Positions 17,288 to 24,800 of a DNA stretch of 24,800 nt are shown one piece after another. How positions within the stretch are numbered: the first letter of the stretch is position 1; each line of letters begins with the position of its first letter. Both the position numbers and the translations under genes were made by a program. The notes under the pieces are model-generated. The model was given only the letters and a program-made list of their open reading frames with translations. It was not told where the DNA came from and made no database searches. Source of the DNA: a virus. Taxonomy: Duplodnaviria > Caudoviricetes. The DNA lies in the IMG/VR virus record IMGVR_UViG_3300037672_001138, positions 1 through 24,800 of that record; one strand, 5' to 3'.

Positions 17288-18083
17288 ATCAGCATTCAAA
17301 CTCAAAGGAGTTCCACCAATTTATTGGTTAAATTTAGACTCTGATGAAAATCGTAGAGATTACATGGAGTCTCAATTTGAATATTGGGAAGTTAAAAATC
17401 ATACTCGTATCTCTGGGTATGATGGTAGAGAAGATGATGTCTCGCATTATCTTAAGGGAAAGTTTCCTGAAATGATGACAACTAATGAGTTGGGGTGTTG
17501 CATGTCTCATCTTAAAGCAATCAAACATTTCTATGAAGAGACCGATGATGATTACTGTATGATTCTTGAGGATGATGTTGATTTCTCTACAGTAAAGTAT
17601 TGGCCTTTTACATGGAATGAGTTTGCTGGATTACTTCCATATGATTGGGATTGTGTTCAGTTGACTACAATTCCTACAGGTGATATTCATGTAAAATTAC
17701 ATCTTAAGTTTGTCAATTCGTTCTCTGCTGCTGTGTATTTGATTTCGAGACATCATGCAGCAAAGATTATGAAGAATCATATTCGTGGTGATAAGTATAA
17801 ACTTGATAATGGTGTTAAACCTCGTGCTGTGTCTGAGGATTTAATCCTTGAATCTGGCAAAACCTATACTATTCCTTTGTTTTTGTATAACTTGAGCATG
17901 GGTTCTACCATTCATCAGGAACATATTGTTGTGTTCCATCAAGGACCACATGCGGCACTGTCCAACTTCTGGCAACAGCAAGGAGCAAGTGTTGACATTA
18001 AAGACTATATGGATTATGATCCTTACTTGGGTAGGACAACCTCCCACTCAAATCTTCAAGAGGAGGAAAACCCCACCCCTTGA
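17274..18083 (+). CDS. glycosyltransferase family 25
   Basis: IYWLNL...RR, GCCMSH, ILEDD. Confidence 0.85.
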   Translation: MDKNKSAFKLKGVPPIYWLNLDSDENRRDYMESQFEYWEVKNHTRISGYDGREDDVSHYLKGKFPEMMTTNELGCCMSHLKAIKHFYEETDDDYCMILEDDVDFSTVKYWPFTWNEFAGLLPYDWDCVQLTTIPTGDIHVKLHLKFVNSFSAAVYLISRHHAAKIMKNHIRGDKYKLDNGVKPRAVSEDLILESGKTYTIPLFLYNLSMGSTIHQEHIVVFHQGPHAALSNFWQQQGASVDIKDYMDYDPYLGRTTSHSNLQEEENPTP

Positions 18084-18113
18084 CATACTACTATAATTAT
18101 AGTAGTATAAATA
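18080..18113 (+). promoter_or_regulatory. sigma70 promoter with overlapping T4-type late promoter and a 24-bp palindrome
   Basis: TTGACA(18080-85)-N17-TAGTAT(18103-08); TATAAATA 18106-13; perfect palindrome 18085-18108. Confidence 0.75.
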
Positions 18114-18218
18114 CTTAACCTTTTGCAATAAATTAGTAGAAGGTATTCATAACACGGGACAGTCGAGTCCCTATTCATCTGCGGGTATTCATTCCGCAAG
18201 TAACTAAAGGTAACAAAA

Positions 18219-18584
18219 ATGTTTAAATCTGTATTCGCAGCCTCTGCTGCTCTGTTCGCTTCCGCTGGCGCTGCCCTTGCAGGTCCCTACGTCAACGTAG
18301 AAACCAATGCTGGTTGGGTTGGCGATGACTATACTGCTGCAACCACAGACCTTCACGTAGGGTACGAAGGCACTGCAGGTGCTGCTTCTTACTACATTCA
18401 GGCTGGTCCTGCAATCGTCGCCGTTGACGGTGAAGAGACTGACACCCAATTCTCTGGTAAGGCAGGTATTGGCGTCCCCGTTTCCGATGCTATCGGTGTA
18501 TATGGAGAGATGTCCTTCCTGACTGCTGAAGATGATGATGACTTCGGTGTTGGTGGTAAGTTGGGCGTCAAGTACAACTTCTGA
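18219..18584 (+). CDS. small outer-membrane beta-barrel-like protein
   Basis: Signal peptide ending ALA, alternating beta-strand pattern, C-terminal KYNF. Confidence 0.75.
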   Translation: MFKSVFAASAALFASAGAALAGPYVNVETNAGWVGDDYTAATTDLHVGYEGTAGAASYYIQAGPAIVAVDGEETDTQFSGKAGIGVPVSDAIGVYGEMSFLTAEDDDDFGVGGKLGVKYNF

Positions 18585-18622
18585 TCGTTCATATAGACAC
18601 GTAAATATCTAGATGTTATACT

Positions 18623-18649
18623 GGGGGTGCGACGGCATCCCCTTTTTTT
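18623..18649 (+). terminator. intrinsic terminator
   Basis: GGGGGTGC-GACG-GCATCCCC followed by T7. Confidence 0.85.
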
Positions 18650-18853
18650 ATGAAATTATTTCTAAAATCTCTAACGCATCCAGGAATGCTGATCTTCCTG
18701 ATGATGTCAGGAACAATAACATTCATAGGGATAGTCCATAACGATGCTCATCTTAGAATGACCATAGATGCAGATGCTTATGTGAGAAAGTGGTGCAGAT
18801 CGTCAGCAGAAAACAAAAAGACCTGCATCAGATATGGTGGCGACATGGATTAA
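18650..18853 (+). CDS. small membrane-anchored hypothetical protein
   Basis: N-terminal hydrophobic segment. Confidence 0.6.
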   Translation: MKLFLKSLTHPGMLIFLMMSGTITFIGIVHNDAHLRMTIDADAYVRKWCRSSAENKKTCIRYGGDMD

Positions 18854-18857
18854 TAAC

Positions 18858-18886
18858 TTGACAAAACTTTATGTTTACTATATAAT
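18858..18886 (+). promoter_or_regulatory. consensus sigma70 promoter for the hli operon
   Basis: TTGACA-N17-TATAAT, perfect consensus. Confidence 0.9.
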
Positions 18887-18912
18887 ATGTAAAGATTCAT
18901 TACAAAAGGTAA

Positions 18913-19131
18913 ATGACTGTAACAACCAATGATCGTGGACAGCAAAATTTGTTTGCTAAAGAACCTCAAATGTATATCTCCCAAACCGATGCAGATCGTT
19001 ATGGTTATGAGACCTATGCAGAGAAGGCAGAGAAACTGAATGGTCGCACCGCAATGCTTGGATTTGTTGCTGCAGTCGTTTCATACGCTACAACTGGTAG
19101 TGTATTCTTCTTTGGTGCATTCGGTATCTAA
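18913..19131 (+). CDS. hli: high-light-inducible protein (long form)
   Basis: AEKLNGRTAMLGF chlorophyll-binding ExxNxR motif plus TM helix. Confidence 0.92.
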   Translation: MTVTTNDRGQQNLFAKEPQMYISQTDADRYGYETYAEKAEKLNGRTAMLGFVAAVVSYATTGSVFFFGAFGI

Positions 19132-19217
19132 TGACTGAAATTATTTTTACCGTTTCGGCAGTTGCCTTTTTCTGCCTTCTCGGTTATACTGTGGAACAAC
19201 TTTCGGAAACCTACTGA
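19131..19217 (+). CDS. 28-aa membrane peptide (MTEIIFTVSAVAFFCLLGYTVEQLSETY)
   Basis: TAATG and TGATG overlaps at both ends. Confidence 0.6.
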   Translation: MTEIIFTVSAVAFFCLLGYTVEQLSETY

Positions 19218-19444
19218 TGGAACCCTCTCTACTTGAAATTCTGACGTATTATGTAATTGGAGGCGCTCTTTTAATTGGTGCTCCAGGAGTATTCTTTTTT
19301 GTAGTCTTCATGTCAGCTCTTCAAAATACGAAGGGTCGTATGGTAGGGTACAAAGACCACAAACAATATGGTGATATTTCATCTTATGAGAATGCGCCAG
19401 TTGACCAAAGCAAATTCTATTTTGTATTGAGTGAAAGCGAATAG
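19217..19444 (+). CDS. small membrane protein
   Basis: TM segment YYVIGGALLIGAPGVFFFVVFM; translational coupling. Confidence 0.7.
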   Translation: MEPSLLEILTYYVIGGALLIGAPGVFFFVVFMSALQNTKGRMVGYKDHKQYGDISSYENAPVDQSKFYFVLSESE

Positions 19445-19466
19445 ATAGACAACATTTCTAATTATT

Positions 19467-19616
19467 ATGTCTGATCCCAATGCTCTCTATGATGACATGG
19501 AGAAACTCAATGCTTTATACGAAGAACTTTGCTGGGATCATGATGACGAACTGATGTTTAGTCATGATGGAAGCAAAATTATTATTTACAACAAAACACA
19601 GGAACTAAAACAATGA
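19467..19616 (+). CDS. 49-aa acidic hypothetical protein (MSDPNALYDDMEKLN...)
   Basis: Translated by hand; ATGA overlap with the next hli. Confidence 0.65.
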   Translation: MSDPNALYDDMEKLNALYEELCWDHDDELMFSHDGSKIIIYNKTQELKQ

Positions 19617-19720
19617 ACGAAAACGCAGAACGGATTAATGGTTGGGCAGCAATGATCGGAGTCATTGCCGCAATGGGTAGTTATGCAACAACAGGACAAA
19701 TCATTCCAGGACTTTGGTAA
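19613..19720 (+). CDS. hli: high-light-inducible protein (35 aa)
   Basis: MNENAERINGWAAMIGVIAAMGSYATTGQIIPGLW; TGQIIPG motif typical of phage and multicopy hli. Confidence 0.92.
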   Translation: MNENAERINGWAAMIGVIAAMGSYATTGQIIPGLW

Positions 19721-19785
19721 TGGGATTTGTAGTAGCAGCACTGCTGTTGCTAGTTCCAATTGGAGCAGCAGCTAGAAACTCATGA
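19720..19785 (+). CDS. 21-aa hydrophobic peptide (MGFVVAALLLLVPIGAAARNS)
   Basis: Start and stop overlaps at both ends. Confidence 0.45.
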   Translation: MGFVVAALLLLVPIGAAARNS

Positions 19786-19925
19786 ATATAGAATGGGCAC
19801 AGACAACTATTTTTTTATTGGCACCCCTATTCTTTATGCTTCTCTTCATAGAAACTAATGAAGATGATGATGGACCACCAGACGGAGGGATGATGCAACC
19901 AGTTTATGCACCGTCACCCTCTTGA
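19782..19925 (+). CDS. 47-aa membrane protein with EDDDGPPDGGMMQPVY tail
   Basis: TM helix plus acidic/GGMMQP tail of a type seen in picocyanobacteria and cyanophages. Confidence 0.65.
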   Translation: MNIEWAQTTIFLLAPLFFMLLFIETNEDDDGPPDGGMMQPVYAPSPS

Positions 19926-19950
19926 CAAACTAAATAATTTGCGATATATT
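19922..19950 (+). promoter_or_regulatory. sigma70-type promoter with internal TAAATA
   Basis: TTGACA(19922-27)-N17-TATATT(19945-50). Confidence 0.6.
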
Positions 19951-19952
19951 AC

Positions 19953-19978
19953 AGGAGCACTAAAAATGCTCCTTTTTT
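19953..19978 (+). terminator. intrinsic terminator
   Basis: AGGAGCA-CTAAAAA-TGCTCCT followed by a T run. Confidence 0.7.
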
Positions 19979-19984
19979 AATGGT

Positions 19985-20380
19985 ATGATTTTAGAAACAC
20001 TTCTAGCACTAACACCACTTGACTATGACCATTTAGCAAGAGCGATTCAGGTTGAAGCGGCTGTAAATACTTTCGATGAGTATTGTGTTGCAGCATCAAT
20101 CATCAATCGGGTTAGGTCTCCTCTTTATCCAAATACGGTTGCAGATGTTGTGTATGCTCCTGGTCAGTATCAGGGATTTGATTACAAGAGACCTGTTGCC
20201 AATATGAGTTTGGTCAGTAAACTGCAATCCGATGAGGGGAAAGAAAACCTTCTAAAAGCATATAGTATCATTGGAGATCGAACAAGTTTCAAAGGTCAGA
20301 GTATGCTCAGATATAGAGTTGCATCTGAAGATCCAATGTGCCATAATAAAGGAAATTTTTACCACTATTATTGGCAATGA
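19985..20380 (+). CDS. cell wall hydrolase, SleB/Hydrolase_2 family
   Basis: LARAIQVEA, VAASIINRV, YPNTVADVVYAPGQY. Confidence 0.85.
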   Translation: MILETLLALTPLDYDHLARAIQVEAAVNTFDEYCVAASIINRVRSPLYPNTVADVVYAPGQYQGFDYKRPVANMSLVSKLQSDEGKENLLKAYSIIGDRTSFKGQSMLRYRVASEDPMCHNKGNFYHYYWQ

Positions 20381-20428
20381 TATTCATTGGTGGATCAGAA
20401 AACTTTCAAGGTGGTTCGGAGAACTTTC

Positions 20429-20650
20429 ATGGAAAATGATTGGCGTTACAGCAAAGATAAACTAAAACTACGTCAACAGGCACTTGTTATTCTTTTAAAG
20501 AAATATGGTGCCGAACTTAACTCAACAAGAGAATCTAAATATAGAACTCAATCTATATACGAGTGTGCTCATGATTGGGTGTCCCAAGGTAATGTAAATT
20601 GTAATGGCATTACCAAATACTACGAGGCTTATTATGCAAAAAGTAATTAA
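20429..20650 (+). CDS. hypothetical protein (MENDWRYS...)
   Basis: ATG 20429 in frame; operon-like packing. Confidence 0.65.
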   Translation: MENDWRYSKDKLKLRQQALVILLKKYGAELNSTRESKYRTQSIYECAHDWVSQGNVNCNGITKYYEAYYAKSN

Positions 20651-20888
20651 TGTTTTAGCAGTTCTATCATTTGTAGGGACTGCAGGTATCGTCGGCGGCG
20701 GTACTGCACTATATCTCAATAAAGATTCTATTATTGAGAATGTAAAAGGACAAGTGGCAGCTGCTGCAGGAGAAGCAATTTCTGGACAACTTCCAGGAAT
20801 GATGAACTCTGCTATGCCTGAACTTCCATCTACTACTGGTGGTGCTCTACCACTTCCCACAACTACTGGACCATCCCTTCCTTTCTGA
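20634..20888 (+). CDS. membrane-anchored protein with Pro/Thr-rich tail
   Basis: N-terminal TM, LPSTTG/LPTTTG repeats. Confidence 0.7.
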   Translation: MQKVINVLAVLSFVGTAGIVGGGTALYLNKDSIIENVKGQVAAAAGEAISGQLPGMMNSAMPELPSTTGGALPLPTTTGPSLPF

Positions 20889-20889
20889 T

Positions 20890-21558
20890 ATGAAAAAAAT
20901 TATTATGACCCTAATGGCAGCATTTCTTGCTGCTCCTGTGATGGCAGAACCTGTCAAAGAATACTACACCATGGATTCTATGGGATGTATGTTACTTCAG
21001 GAATGCACGGATGATGTGACTGAAGTACATACTTTGTTAGATGTTTCTTCAAATTATGATAACACTGAAACATTCTCTCCAGTGGCGCAAGAGTTCAATC
21101 ATATGCTTTCTTCATTAAATGAAATTGGTGTGAAGGTATTTCTTGCTGATGAGAAGTACTTCCCAGTAGGACATCGTGGAGTTTATCACACTGTCGGTAA
21201 TAATTTCTTCCTTAATAAATCATTCATGGGCCGTCCTCATATTCTCATGAGTGTGATGCGTCATGAAGGATGGCACGCAGCACAGGATTGTATGGCAGGA
21301 ACAATTGATAATAGTTTGATTGCTATTATCCTACCAGAAGAAAGTGTTCCCATGATCTGGCAAGAGATTGCTACTAATACCTATAGGGATATGCCTGGCG
21401 CACTTCCATGGGAGAAGGAAGCAATGTGGGCAGGTAAAACTGAAGGAATGACTGCTAACGCATTGAATGCTTGTGCTGCTGGTCAGATGTGGACTGAATA
21501 TGAACCAACTCCTTTAACTAGAGAGTATCTAATTAAAGAAGGTTATATTTCTAAATAG
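20890..21558 (+). CDS. secreted protein with HExxH zinc-metallopeptidase motif
   Basis: Signal peptide MKKII...VMA; RHEGWH with downstream WEKEA. Confidence 0.7.
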   Translation: MKKIIMTLMAAFLAAPVMAEPVKEYYTMDSMGCMLLQECTDDVTEVHTLLDVSSNYDNTETFSPVAQEFNHMLSSLNEIGVKVFLADEKYFPVGHRGVYHTVGNNFFLNKSFMGRPHILMSVMRHEGWHAAQDCMAGTIDNSLIAIILPEESVPMIWQEIATNTYRDMPGALPWEKEAMWAGKTEGMTANALNACAAGQMWTEYEPTPLTREYLIKEGYISK

Positions 21559-21579
21559 AAATGCGTTGCTCCACATAGA

Positions 21580-22017
21580 ATGCCAGAGGAAGTTAAGAAG
21601 GAAGATCCTAAAAAGAAAGGTATCGTTGGAAAGATAAAGGAGGCAGCAAGTGACAAAGAAGAACAGCTTGATATTCTGTCTACTTTTGTTAGGCTTGGCA
21701 TCCTTGTTTGGAGCGGCGGAATACTCACGTTGGCGTACATCCAGTTACCACCCGTACTTGGTATTCCCGAGCAAAAACTAGATCCTACTTTTATCGCAAG
21801 TGTCTTCACCGGAGTGCTTGCGACTTTTGGTGTTCAGGCAGCAAAGAAAGGTGGTGATGGTTCTTCCAAAGGAAATGGTGGTATCAGTAAAGCAGATATG
21901 GAAAGATTGATTGCTGCTGCAGCACAGACTGCACCTGCTCAAACTATTCGTGTCGAACAAGCACCAATTAAGTTCATCACTAATGATGATGAACCACCTG
22001 TAAAACCTACCGTGTAA
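21580..22017 (+). CDS. two-TM membrane protein
   Basis: Two hydrophobic helices; TAAATA at 21552 upstream. Confidence 0.75.
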   Translation: MPEEVKKEDPKKKGIVGKIKEAASDKEEQLDILSTFVRLGILVWSGGILTLAYIQLPPVLGIPEQKLDPTFIASVFTGVLATFGVQAAKKGGDGSSKGNGGISKADMERLIAAAAQTAPAQTIRVEQAPIKFITNDDEPPVKPTV

Positions 22018-22021
22018 TCTT

Positions 22022-22585
22022 ATGACCTTCTTTAAATGGACTGCATTAGGAGTTGGTGGTGTTGTTGCTGTAGCACACATCGGTGTTCTGGGGCATATAA
22101 TCAATGCCACAAGAGTACCTGAAGCACCGATTATTAATTTTCCTGGAGGAGATTATTCCTCTTATAAAGTTGAGTCAGGTAAAGAAGGTTATAGTATAGA
22201 ATATAGAGCAAACGATCCTGCTATTCTTGAGTCACAAAAATCTCTATCATTAGATAAAGATAAGAAAGGATTGTTTGGTGGTGGCACTGAGAATCGTCGT
22301 GAGTGGCGCAGAGATCAATTTACTATGGACGGAACTAGAAATATAGGAGGTGCCGCAGACGGCGAGGGAAAGTCTGCAAAAGAAATAGAGTGTATAGTGG
22401 CGGACGCTGGCGCACGGAGTCAAGGTGCAATGGCAGGAACTAGTATTGCTGCTGGAGTCGGTGTTCCTGCTGTGATTGGCATTCCATATGTTGGATGGTT
22501 AGCAGCTGGTTGGGTATCACTTTTGGGTGGTAGACTAGGTTCTGCCGCTGGATCTACAGTAGGTTCTGTATTTAATGATTGTTAA
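22022..22585 (+). CDS. membrane protein with glycine-zipper-like C-terminus
   Basis: N-terminal TM; GxxxG-rich GAMAGTSIAAG...GGRLGSAAGSTVG. Confidence 0.7.
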   Translation: MTFFKWTALGVGGVVAVAHIGVLGHIINATRVPEAPIINFPGGDYSSYKVESGKEGYSIEYRANDPAILESQKSLSLDKDKKGLFGGGTENRREWRRDQFTMDGTRNIGGAADGEGKSAKEIECIVADAGARSQGAMAGTSIAAGVGVPAVIGIPYVGWLAAGWVSLLGGRLGSAAGSTVGSVFNDC

Positions 22586-22667
22586 ATTTTGGTAAGTCAG
22601 TAAGTCCAAACAAACCATGAGTATAAAGACTTTATAGTTAATAGATAGTGTAGTTGCATAAACTGTA

Positions 22668-23009
22668 ATGAAGTTTATTAGTGCATTGATTGTTGCTACA
22701 CTAGCATCTATGATTATATTTTTACCGGGGATTGCATACGCCGTAGATATTACCATGGGTTCAAATGGAAATCTTGTATTCGATCCAGATAATATTAGTA
22801 TTACTGCTGGTGAAACAGTTCATTTCGTAAATGGAATGTTACCCCCACATAATATTATTGTTGAGGGTCGTGTAGATCTTTCTAGAGAATCCTTGATGTT
22901 TACTCCTGGAGAATCTCAAGATATTAAATTTGCTGATGCAGGAGATTATGATTTCTTCTGTGGTCCTCATCAGGGGGCTGGCATGATTGGACATTTGCAT
23001 GTAGAATAG
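22668..23009 (+). CDS. petE: plastocyanin
   Basis: Signal peptide, PPHN, C-G-P-H-x4-M copper ligands. Confidence 0.95.
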   Translation: MKFISALIVATLASMIIFLPGIAYAVDITMGSNGNLVFDPDNISITAGETVHFVNGMLPPHNIIVEGRVDLSRESLMFTPGESQDIKFADAGDYDFFCGPHQGAGMIGHLHVE

Positions 23010-23031
23010 TATGAAGTATACTTATAATAAT

Positions 23032-23676
23032 ATGAAAATCTTTTTGGATACGGCGGACACAGAAATTATTAGCAAATATTTTTCTACAGGTTTAGTTGAT
23101 GGTGTGACAACCAATCCAACTCTTATTATGAAGAGTGGTCGTAATCCTGAAGATGTTTATCAAGAGATTAAAGACATTGGTGTCTCTGATATTAGTATGG
23201 AAGTCATGGGATCTGACTTGGAAATGTATGATGAAGGTATTCGACTTTATAAAAAATTTGGTGATGTTGCTACTATTAAAGTACCTTGCACCCGCGAGGG
23301 GTTGATTGTTTGTAAACGATTATCAGAGCAAGGTATAAAAGTCAATGTCACACTTATCTTCTGTGCCTCTCAAGCAGTGTTATCAGCAAAGGCAGGAGCA
23401 ACATATGTCTCACCTTTTGTAGGAAGACTTGATGATCAATCAGTGGCAGGTCTTGAGGTTGTACGATCTATCTCAGAACTATATCGTATTCATGGAGTGA
23501 GAACTCAAGTTCTTTCTGCATCTATTCGTAGTGTGCAAAGAGCAATCAGGTCTTGGTACAATGGTGCTGAGATCTGTACAATGCCACCCAAAGTTTTTGA
23601 TCAGATGTATGATCACATCTTAACAGATAAGGGTATGGAAATTTTTGAAAATGATTGGCAGTCAGTTGTCAAATGA
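23032..23676 (+). CDS. talC: transaldolase (TalC/MipB type)
   Basis: IFLDTAD, GVTTNPTL, IKVP, VNVTLIF, YVSPFVGRLDD. Confidence 0.95.
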   Translation: MKIFLDTADTEIISKYFSTGLVDGVTTNPTLIMKSGRNPEDVYQEIKDIGVSDISMEVMGSDLEMYDEGIRLYKKFGDVATIKVPCTREGLIVCKRLSEQGIKVNVTLIFCASQAVLSAKAGATYVSPFVGRLDDQSVAGLEVVRSISELYRIHGVRTQVLSASIRSVQRAIRSWYNGAEICTMPPKVFDQMYDHILTDKGMEIFENDWQSVVK

Positions 23677-23762
23677 TTACATTATTTGTTTTTGGATTTA
23701 TCATATTACTGACAATGGGAATGCATCTTACATGGCCTGTAAATTATAGAGGAAGAAGTTAA
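23673..23762 (+). CDS. 29-aa membrane peptide (MITLFVFGFIILLTMGMHLTWPVNYRGRS)
   Basis: Overlapping start and stop at both ends. Confidence 0.5.
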   Translation: MITLFVFGFIILLTMGMHLTWPVNYRGRS

Positions 23763-24244
23763 TGAAAGTTGGATTGATTGGTCTGGGTCGTACTGGTGAA
23801 GGAATGTCCCGTCGTATGCTTGCAAAGGGAATTGAAGTCTGGGGTTATAGTAGCACTAACTATGAGAATGCCTGTGGACAATATGAAGCAGGACACCTTA
23901 GTGGATGTGTAACCTCACTAGAGTACCTTGTTCTAGCAGTTAAATCTGACAGCAAGAAATATACTAGTGCTGGTAGAATTCCTGGCATCTTTCAGATTAC
24001 ACTCCCAGAACAAAAGGCAGAAGACATACTTGATGAGTTACTACCATTACTTGAGGAGGGTGATATCATTATTGACCATAGCACCAGTGACATAAGAAAA
24101 TGTCAGGAACTTGAGAAGTATTGTTCTAAGTTGGGTATATCCTATATCTTCTCTGGTGTGTATGGAGCAAATTATGCTTTATCCACTTGCTCTAAAATTT
24201 TTGAATGTTTATCTCCAGGTAATATTGATGGAATCTCACGTTAA
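23762..24244 (+). CDS. 6-phosphogluconate dehydrogenase-like NAD(P)-binding domain only
   Basis: VGLIGLGRTG..MSRR, LLEEGDIIIDH; ends before the catalytic helical domain. Confidence 0.75.
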   Translation: MKVGLIGLGRTGEGMSRRMLAKGIEVWGYSSTNYENACGQYEAGHLSGCVTSLEYLVLAVKSDSKKYTSAGRIPGIFQITLPEQKAEDILDELLPLLEEGDIIIDHSTSDIRKCQELEKYCSKLGISYIFSGVYGANYALSTCSKIFECLSPGNIDGISR

Positions 24245-24437
24245 AAATCGTTATCAGTTTGCTATGAGTGCATTTTCCAGAATGTATGGTGTGGATCATG
24301 TAAAAAGTTCAACTACTATTTCTAGATTTTGTATGAAGTGGGCTGAAACAGAGGATCAAAATCCTCCTTCCGGAACTTTAATTGATATTAATTTTTACTT
24401 TAAAGATCTTTGGGAAATCTGGGGAGGATACATATGA
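24228..24437 (+). CDS. hypothetical protein (MESHVKNRY...)
   Basis: ATG 24228; ATGA overlap with the next ORF. Confidence 0.6.
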   Translation: MESHVKNRYQFAMSAFSRMYGVDHVKSSTTISRFCMKWAETEDQNPPSGTLIDINFYFKDLWEIWGGYI

Positions 24438-24607
24438 CCCAAATCGCACTTAAGGCAGCACACTTTGCTGCTGTCACACTCAACAATCCTTTTGGGATTG
24501 GTTCACTAAGTCTTGCATTAGTTGTTGTACCTATTATTGGTATGCATCTTGTTCACAAATATGGGTGGCAACACTGGGCACCTTTTAATAATGAATCTCA
24601 TACTTAA
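24434..24607 (+). CDS. small membrane protein
   Basis: GGAGG RBS, ATG 24434, TM helix. Confidence 0.65.
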   Translation: MTQIALKAAHFAAVTLNNPFGIGSLSLALVVVPIIGMHLVHKYGWQHWAPFNNESHT

Positions 24608-24797
24608 ACCTCTTGATATTCCAGGTGATCCTGTATGGTCAGTGATTATTATGGTAATCCTTGCTCTTGCTATGACAGTTTATGTTGTCATATACATATT
24701 AGGAATAGATGAGAGAGAAGAACATGGGAGCACTGAAACCCCCAAGCAGAAAGAGTTGTTACAACTTCCGAGTGACGGAGATCAATCGTGTTCTTGA
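24591..24797 (+). CDS. small membrane protein
   Basis: ATG 24591; TM helix VWSVIIMVILALAMTVYVVIYILG. Confidence 0.55.
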   Translation: MNLILKPLDIPGDPVWSVIIMVILALAMTVYVVIYILGIDEREEHGSTETPKQKELLQLPSDGDQSCS

Positions 24798-24800
24798 CGG
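24724..24800 (+). CDS. N-terminus of a probable SNase/thermonuclease-like protein (runs off window)
   Basis: MGALKPPSRKSCYNFRVTEINRVLDG leads into a (V/L)DGDT-type motif. Confidence 0.6.
   Translation, partial: MGALKPPSRKSCYNFRVTEINRVLD

Noticed and set aside
287-22756. All minus-strand ORFs and nested alternative-frame ORFs in the ORF track
   Set aside because: They overlap well-supported + strand genes and show no motifs; shadow ORFs

Overview
AT-rich, gene-dense window with all credible genes on the + strand. It reads as part of a T4-like marine cyanomyovirus genome (tRNAs, hli, petE, talC, sigma70-type early promoters and TAAATA late-type motifs). Three blocks: (1) 1-2.3 kb: three tRNAs (Val-TAC, an unusual Ile-TAT, a non-initiator CAT), small conserved phage ORFs including a Phd/YefM-like orphan, and several structured RNA elements (manA/wcaG-like, built from a repeated pseudoknot-UGGYG module, plus a separate H-type pseudoknot). 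(2) 2.3-18.1 kb: an uninterrupted 20-gene glycan island with epimerases, GT10/GT11x2/GT25/GT7-like/GT8-like transferases, methyltransferases, an NDP-heptose module lacking gmhA, and an rfbH-ThDP enzyme-panB-SDR cassette that may make a novel C4-branched dideoxysugar. (3) 18.1-24.8 kb: a small beta-barrel OMP with a palindromic operator-like promoter and structured leader, an hli/small membrane protein operon, a cell-wall hydrolase, petE, talC, a truncated gnd-like gene and the start of a nuclease. All family calls come from motif recognition by eye; no database searches were run.
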